Below, one piece after another: positions 59,801 to 64,000 of a stretch of 64,000 nt of DNA. Made by a program: the position numbers and the translations under genes. The notes below the pieces were generated by a model. It worked only from the letters and a program-made list of their open reading frames with translations, was not told the origin of the DNA and did no database searches. The DNA is from a bacterium. Its GTDB lineage: Bacteria > SAR324 > NAC60-12. The DNA lies in contig OZ242383.1 of assembly GCA_965209155.1 (NCBI GenBank), positions 1,600,001 through 1,664,000 of the forward strand, in the 5' to 3' direction. How positions within the stretch are numbered: the stretch's first letter is position 1; each line of letters begins with the position of its first letter.

Positions 59801-61405
59801 GCTTTCAAACAATTTTTCCACTGAATTCCTTGAAATTTGATTAGTGCCATTCAGTTCTCCTGCAATCATCGTCAGATTATTCATAACTCCATCGTACAAG
59901 AGATCAAACAAAATAATATTTTGGAAATTTCTTTGAAAACTCTGGCACAGGTGCTCATTTCGTAAGGCGTCCAACAACGTTACGTTTTGTTCTGGCAGGG
60001 AGAGTGTTGGTTTGACGTACTTGAGATGTTCGTATAATTGAGTGAGGTTTTCAATCGCGTTTTCTTTCCAGTAATTATAAAGATATAAGAGCACATCGGA
60101 GGTCAATTCCTTGGTCGCCAATTCCAGCCTTTCTTTGGGGTCTCCGATGAAGAAAGTCACCAATCTTCTCCGTTGATTTTCCCGGTTTTGATAGGCTTCT
60201 CTGAATCGTTTGTATTTTTTAAACAAATTGTCATGGTAGCGCAGTTCAACAGGCGAATTGAGCCAGTTTTGAAATTTTATCCGCTGTTCCCGAGCTTCCC
60301 GTTCCTGGAGTTGTCCCTGAGGAATCGTACTGAGCCGGGCATAGTGAACAACGGATTGACTGGTAATTTTGTGGCGGAGCTTCAAGAAACGCAAAAAACG
60401 ATTGACATCACCAAATATATTTAAAATTCCCGTAGGGGTCTTGTCCGTCAAATTATTATCCTCAATCAGCATTTCGGAAGGATTGAGATAATGCTTCAAA
60501 CTTTCCTGGTAATGTTCCCAAAAGTAAAGGTTGTGGCTCTTTAAGAGTTTTTTTGAGTTGTCTTCGATGCATTCGATAGCACTCAAAATCGCATTTTGTA
60601 AATTTTGCAACAGTTGAGGTTCATCCGGAGTATAATCAATAATCCCATCAAAATAACCGGCTGCGCTCAGTTCAAAGGCGGAAACACCAATGTACTTGGC
60701 ACATTCTTCCCAGGATAAATTGTATTTATGAGCAATGTTGCTCAAACCTTTCGGATAAATCGTATTGAAGACTCCATCTCTGACTGAAAGGAGGATATTG
60801 GTAGTGGCCAAAGGAATGGCTCCACCGCTATAACCTTGTCCAAAAACAATCCCCAGGGTAGGAATTTCGAGGTTGGCCATTTCGGCAATAAAAAAAGAAA
60901 TACTATGGGATTGATTGTTCAAGTTGGCATCCGTATCGGCTGCTGCACCGGGTGTATCCATGAATGTAATGAGCGGCATGCCGTGGGATGCAAAAAAACG
61001 AGCGTGCTCGGCCGCTTTAAAATGATGTCGAGGATACCAGACACCAGCTTGATTCTTGCGATTTTGCGCAATTGTGCCAAAACGACGCAGTCGATTGTTG
61101 GTAAAAAATTCAATCTCCGCCACGTAAAGAGGACCATCTGATTCCTCTTTAATGATTTTACCTCGCAGATTTTTAATCACTTCAGGAGCGCTTCGACGTT
61201 TGGGATTCTCTGTAGGCAAAACAGTCTGATGGATGTATTCGTCGACATCCAATTGCTGCAAACGGTCTATGTTTCTTTGAACGTCTTCTTTGGAAAGAAG
61301 TCCCAAAAGCGAGGATTCGTCAAAAAAGGGGGGTCTCTCCTCGGGAAGCAAAGAGAGGTCATTAGACATGGATTCTGCCAGTAAAAACAAAGACCGATTT
61401 TCCAT
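56861..61405 (-). CDS. Single-chain acyl-CoA carboxylase: CT-alpha / linker / CT-beta / biotin carboxylase / BCCP
   Basis: FMDTPGA..GYSGGA (AccA); FQAGAF..SGEK..SAGGMQTKEG (AccD); HPGIGFLSE, GGGGKG, RDCTVQR, EMNTRLQVEH (AccC); ESMKVF biotin site; start uncertain (61405 or 61369). Confidence 0.88.
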   Translation of the reverse strand: MENRSLFLLAESMSNDLSLLPEERPPFFDESSLLGLLSKEDVQRNIDRLQQLDVDEYIHQTVLPTENPKRRSAPEVIKNLRGKIIKEESDGPLYVAEIEFFTNNRLRRFGTIAQNRKNQAGVWYPRHHFKAAEHARFFASHGMPLITFMDTPGAAADTDANLNNQSHSISFFIAEMANLEIPTLGIVFGQGYSGGAIPLATTNILLSVRDGVFNTIYPKGLSNIAHKYNLSWEECAKYIGVSAFELSAAGYFDGIIDYTPDEPQLLQNLQNAILSAIECIEDNSKKLLKSHNLYFWEHYQESLKHYLNPSEMLIEDNNLTDKTPTGILNIFGDVNRFLRFLKLRHKITSQSVVHYARLSTIPQGQLQEREAREQRIKFQNWLNSPVELRYHDNLFKKYKRFREAYQNRENQRRRLVTFFIGDPKERLELATKELTSDVLLYLYNYWKENAIENLTQLYEHLKYVKPTLSLPEQNVTLLDALRNEHLCQSFQRNFQNIILFDLLYDGVMNNLTMIAGELNGTNQISRNSVEKLFESSFDLAIQEFENRSLDLQATDAKERFFKWLQLFITQRNCDEIMHTISEWKQRAFPRLSPPLFGLVRYYFATLLPALNTVRQSSDLRKQNKFSGKITPRNIGIKDFWNRLDRAYKDLLIQDLLREYKKKFITPQRIIDYFFEDFEELYQDRITIDPVKFPGFRQSIEQALQKGVTPCGTITGLATFVDGNQRNRFGLAISNTAFQAGAFDMASGEKICQLLAECTKHKLPLILFISAGGMQTKEGAGALFSMPVLNDRITRFIKDNELPVICFGFRDCVGGAQASFVTHRLVKTYYFSGTIMSFAGQLVVESHLPMNTVLSNYLSKIHGSMEGLVHNPFDEAIDAKLKEADPQIPMAQLTVQEVISKILAGEYRPYFNPEENTFAKTFEEKLNLAPIKRLLIHARGCTATRLIHAAHDAGLEVVLVQSDPDMDSYPARLLKNKDRLICLGGNTPQESYLNAGSIILIAEQEGADALHPGIGFLSESSQYARICREHKLNFIGPSAHSIDLMGNKTNALATAKRLNIPVVPGSEGALADPIQAETISREIGFPILIKAVHGGGGKGIRVVEETESIVDVFSQMSQEALNAFGNGDLYLEKYIVSMRHIEVQILRDSHSNTKILGMRDCTVQRNYQKLIEESVGRQIPESIVEQLYQYTESIINEIDYIGAGTVEFIYDRLDQQIYFMEMNTRLQVEHPVTEIVSGVDLVQNQIKIAEGGNIKDLSFENNGHAIELRVNAEKIEINANGTLIFLPDPGTITELELPPHPKIRSISAVKSKNTVPPYYDSLIAQIIAHGPTREDVIQTLLDYLKEIRITGISTNLALAKAILENELFQSGEYDTGFLNTFLQQIDIDKLIQTTQNYAGNTGPAIDQETIAIPDSRELKVLSPQTGAFYRSSSPSDPVFVEEGQQIDIGQTLCLLESMKVFNELTLKAYKGGDGEQLYLEGSFYRIKKIIPENKQTVSRGDLLFVIEPEETLQSA

Positions 61406-61568
61406 GGTGCGCAACCTTGAAGATGATTGAAAGCTTATAAATATACCATTCTCAGCAAATAAAGTTCAATATCTTTCTCCTTTAAAGGAAGGTCTTTGCA
61501 GGACAACTATGACATTCCATCAGAGCAACGAGTTCGTTTGCAAAAAGGTTGAGGAATACTGACTCCGA

Positions 61569-62012
61569 TTAGTTTTCAGGATTAGCAGGGAATAGATCCA
61601 GGAATGAGGAACCAGCACTGTGGATATTTTGTAAGACTTTGTTGACAAAACTGCGGGCCGCATCATCGACAAATTCCTTTGCCAGGATCACGGCTTCGTC
61701 CATGATGACTTCAAAAGGGGTCTCTTCGCAGAATTTCATTTCATAAACCGAGAGACGCAACAAATTTCGTACCACAACGGATAGCCGTTCCAAGCGCCAC
61801 TTTTCCATGGTAGCAATCAAAAGCGCATCTATTTGCATCACATGTTCCAGAGTCCCCGAAATGAGGTTGCGTGTATACTGTTTGGCCTCTGCTTTGACAT
61901 CGAACTGTTCCAAAAAAAAATCAATTCCCTCGGGGGAGATCGATTCGAGGATTTCAATCTGATATAAACACTGCAAGGCATGTTCACGGCATTTATGGCG
62001 AGAATAATTCAT
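61569..62012 (-). CDS. nusB: Transcription antitermination factor NusB
   Basis: SRHKCREHALQCLYQ, WRLERLS..RNLLRL, DEAVILAKEF, FVNKVL. Confidence 0.92.
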   Translation of the reverse strand: MNYSRHKCREHALQCLYQIEILESISPEGIDFFLEQFDVKAEAKQYTRNLISGTLEHVMQIDALLIATMEKWRLERLSVVVRNLLRLSVYEMKFCEETPFEVIMDEAVILAKEFVDDAARSFVNKVLQNIHSAGSSFLDLFPANPEN

Positions 62013-63331
62013 GAGTGATTTCCCATCAACACCGTGTGTATTTTTTTCACCAAAGCATGGTTGAAACTGTGAGAGGTCATATTGGCGATGAAACGACCTT
62101 GGATAGCAAAACCGATGAGATAGAGGTCGCCGATTAAATCCAATATTTTATGCCGCACGAATTCGTCGGGATACCGCAATTTTGTGTTAATCACTTTACC
62201 ATCATGCATGATGATGTGGGAATTCAAATATCCGCTTCCAATTTTTCCTATTTTTTGAGCCATGTCAATGTTTTCAAAAGTGTTAAACGTGCGGGCTGGC
62301 GCGATTTCCTTCTCAAAAGAATGCAGCTCGACATTGAAAGTTAAAGTTTGCTCCCGAATGGGAGGTGGGTAGTTCACGCGCATACGGATTTCAAAGCCAT
62401 CAAATGGTTCCACGAACAGGTGCTTTTCTTTTAAATTTTCAACGCCGATTCCAATTTTCTCATGTACCACTATGCGTTTGGCATTCGCTGGTTGATCGAC
62501 GATTCCCGCTGCTTGAATCAATTGGCAAAATCCTTCGGCAGAACTATCTATATTGGGAATCTCCTCATCGGTTTTAATTTGAACATTGGTCAGACCAAAC
62601 ATGGAGAGGGCCCCCAGTAAATGCTCCACCGTTCGCACGCGATGTCCGTTGCGAGCCAAGATTGTGGAATTGGCGGTAAAACTCCGGGAGGTATCAATCT
62701 GTGAAAAATTTTCCAAAGATGTAATATGGGCCGGAATCGTATGGCCGTCCAAGGTTTGGAATACGATTCCCTCATTCACATCAAGTGGACTGATAATGAT
62801 TCCTGTATTGCGGCCACTCAACAATCCATGTCCATTGAGCACGACATTTCTTTTCAAAGTACGCTGTGGTTGGTTGGATTCTACAAGGGACAGCGTGTTT
62901 GTATGAATTGTTTCGCCAGTCCACCTCACCCTATGCGACTCGCAATGAGGTTGGCCTGTTTCTTTCTGTGGTTTGATTGCAAGTGCAGCTGAGACCTTTT
63001 CCAACAACACTTCCAGGGTGAGTGGTTTTTCCAGAAAATCAAAAGCCCCCCACTTGATGGCATTGACTGCCGCGTCAATCCCGGCGTGCCCGCTCATCAT
63101 GATCACTGGAATGTGAGGGAAACTGATTTTGAATTGTTGTAAAATTTCCATCCCATCTGTACCTGGCAGCCAGATATCGAGCAAAACCAAGGAAGGGAGT
63201 TGAGTATGGATTATTTCAAACAAAGTTTCAGCATCCGGGCAAGAAACCGTTTCATAACCTTCGTCTTGTAGTACCCCTTTCACGGTTTCGCAAATGGCGG
63301 GCTCATTGTCGACAACAAATATCGGCTCCAT
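62009..63331 (-). CDS. lpxC: Response-regulator receiver domain fused to UDP-3-O-acyl-GlcNAc deacetylase
   Basis: Receiver: VVDNE, LLDIWLP, MSGH, FLEKP; LpxC: QRTL, TVEHLL, IAPARTF, DEFVRHKILDLIGD, SHSFN. Confidence 0.9.
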   Translation of the reverse strand: MEPIFVVDNEPAICETVKGVLQDEGYETVSCPDAETLFEIIHTQLPSLVLLDIWLPGTDGMEILQQFKISFPHIPVIMMSGHAGIDAAVNAIKWGAFDFLEKPLTLEVLLEKVSAALAIKPQKETGQPHCESHRVRWTGETIHTNTLSLVESNQPQRTLKRNVVLNGHGLLSGRNTGIIISPLDVNEGIVFQTLDGHTIPAHITSLENFSQIDTSRSFTANSTILARNGHRVRTVEHLLGALSMFGLTNVQIKTDEEIPNIDSSAEGFCQLIQAAGIVDQPANAKRIVVHEKIGIGVENLKEKHLFVEPFDGFEIRMRVNYPPPIREQTLTFNVELHSFEKEIAPARTFNTFENIDMAQKIGKIGSGYLNSHIIMHDGKVINTKLRYPDEFVRHKILDLIGDLYLIGFAIQGRFIANMTSHSFNHALVKKIHTVLMGNHS

Positions 63332-63658
63332 ATGAGATCTCCTCCCTCAAATAAGAACGTATTCAAACCACCGGCATTGACCTGGTAAGAAGTTTGAAGC
63401 TTTATCCGGTTCTCCAATGTCCCGGTTTTTCACAGTATATCAGAGAAATATGCAGTTTACACCATCCTCGAAAATCGGAGAAATTACAACAGTCATCATT
63501 CTACCTGATACTTCAGCGAACCTGCCCTGAGGCTGCGCGGAATTGCTTTTTACGAGAATAAATACTGACTTGTGGTGTGTCCTCTGCTAAACTGAGTGCT
63601 AACCTCAGAATGACACTTTCCCATCAGAGATTGGAATGATAAACAACAAGGAGCGATA

Positions 63659-63850
63659 ATGCTTGATAATTTTGATCCAAAGGAAAAAAAGGCGATTCTT
63701 ATCTTCTTTGCTCTTTTGCTATTAGCCATAGTTTATGTTTATACCCATGAACTCCCTTGGGAACTGAACTATGGTCAGGAACAATTCCCGTCGGACGAAT
63801 CAGAGAGGAGTCCGGAGTCCACAAAAAAATCTTATGATCGTTTTCTCTGA
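63659..63850 (+). CDS. Small single-pass membrane protein
   Basis: SD AAGGAG; one hydrophobic helix and an acidic tail. Confidence 0.6.
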   Translation: MLDNFDPKEKKAILIFFALLLLAIVYVYTHELPWELNYGQEQFPSDESERSPESTKKSYDRFL

Positions 63851-64000
63851 ATAGTATGCCTCTCATGAATTACGACGGGTCTCTGCTAATTGAAAAACCA
63901 GTCCCTTGATGAAACTTCCTATTCCCGGAATCTTTCCCAAACTACAATTTTCAAGCACCTTGCTTGTCCTGTGTCTCATTCTTTTACTCGCTTTGGGAGC

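Noticed and set aside
63576..63602. Possible second CIRCE (GAGTGCTAA half-site)
   Set aside because: Left arm TGTGTCCTC matches only 5/9

Overview
Bacterial chromosome segment. Gene style suggests a deltaproteobacterial-grade, possibly SAR324-like organism; that is inference only. Core regions (1-33.5 kb and 54.7-64 kb) carry clpA, greA, modC, a heptosyltransferase, pmbA, mutM, mnmG, five tRNAs, infC(AUA start)-rpmI-rplT, an alternative complex III operon (actABCDEF), mscS, comF, ilvE, leuA with a leucine attenuator, a single-chain acetyl-CoA-carboxylase-like protein, nusB and a receiver-LpxC fusion. A CapW/BrxR-type WYL regulator is split by a 1483-bp ISKra4-family IS with a 9-bp target duplication. 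An accessory island (~33.5-54.3 kb) holds toxin-antitoxin and nuclease genes and remnants. It also holds a ~2080-aa protein fusing an integrase arm-type DNA-binding domain to a pseudokinase-STAND ATPase-GAF-PAS-sigma54 activator. That gene is preceded by two 72-bp repeats and followed by a sigma54 promoter and a mosaic ABC-transport/catabolic cluster. Other highlights are a CIRCE-controlled SutA-like small protein, tRNA-Ile/Ala without rRNA genes, and a GGGGTCAA repeat at island junctions. All family assignments come from motif recognition, not database searches.
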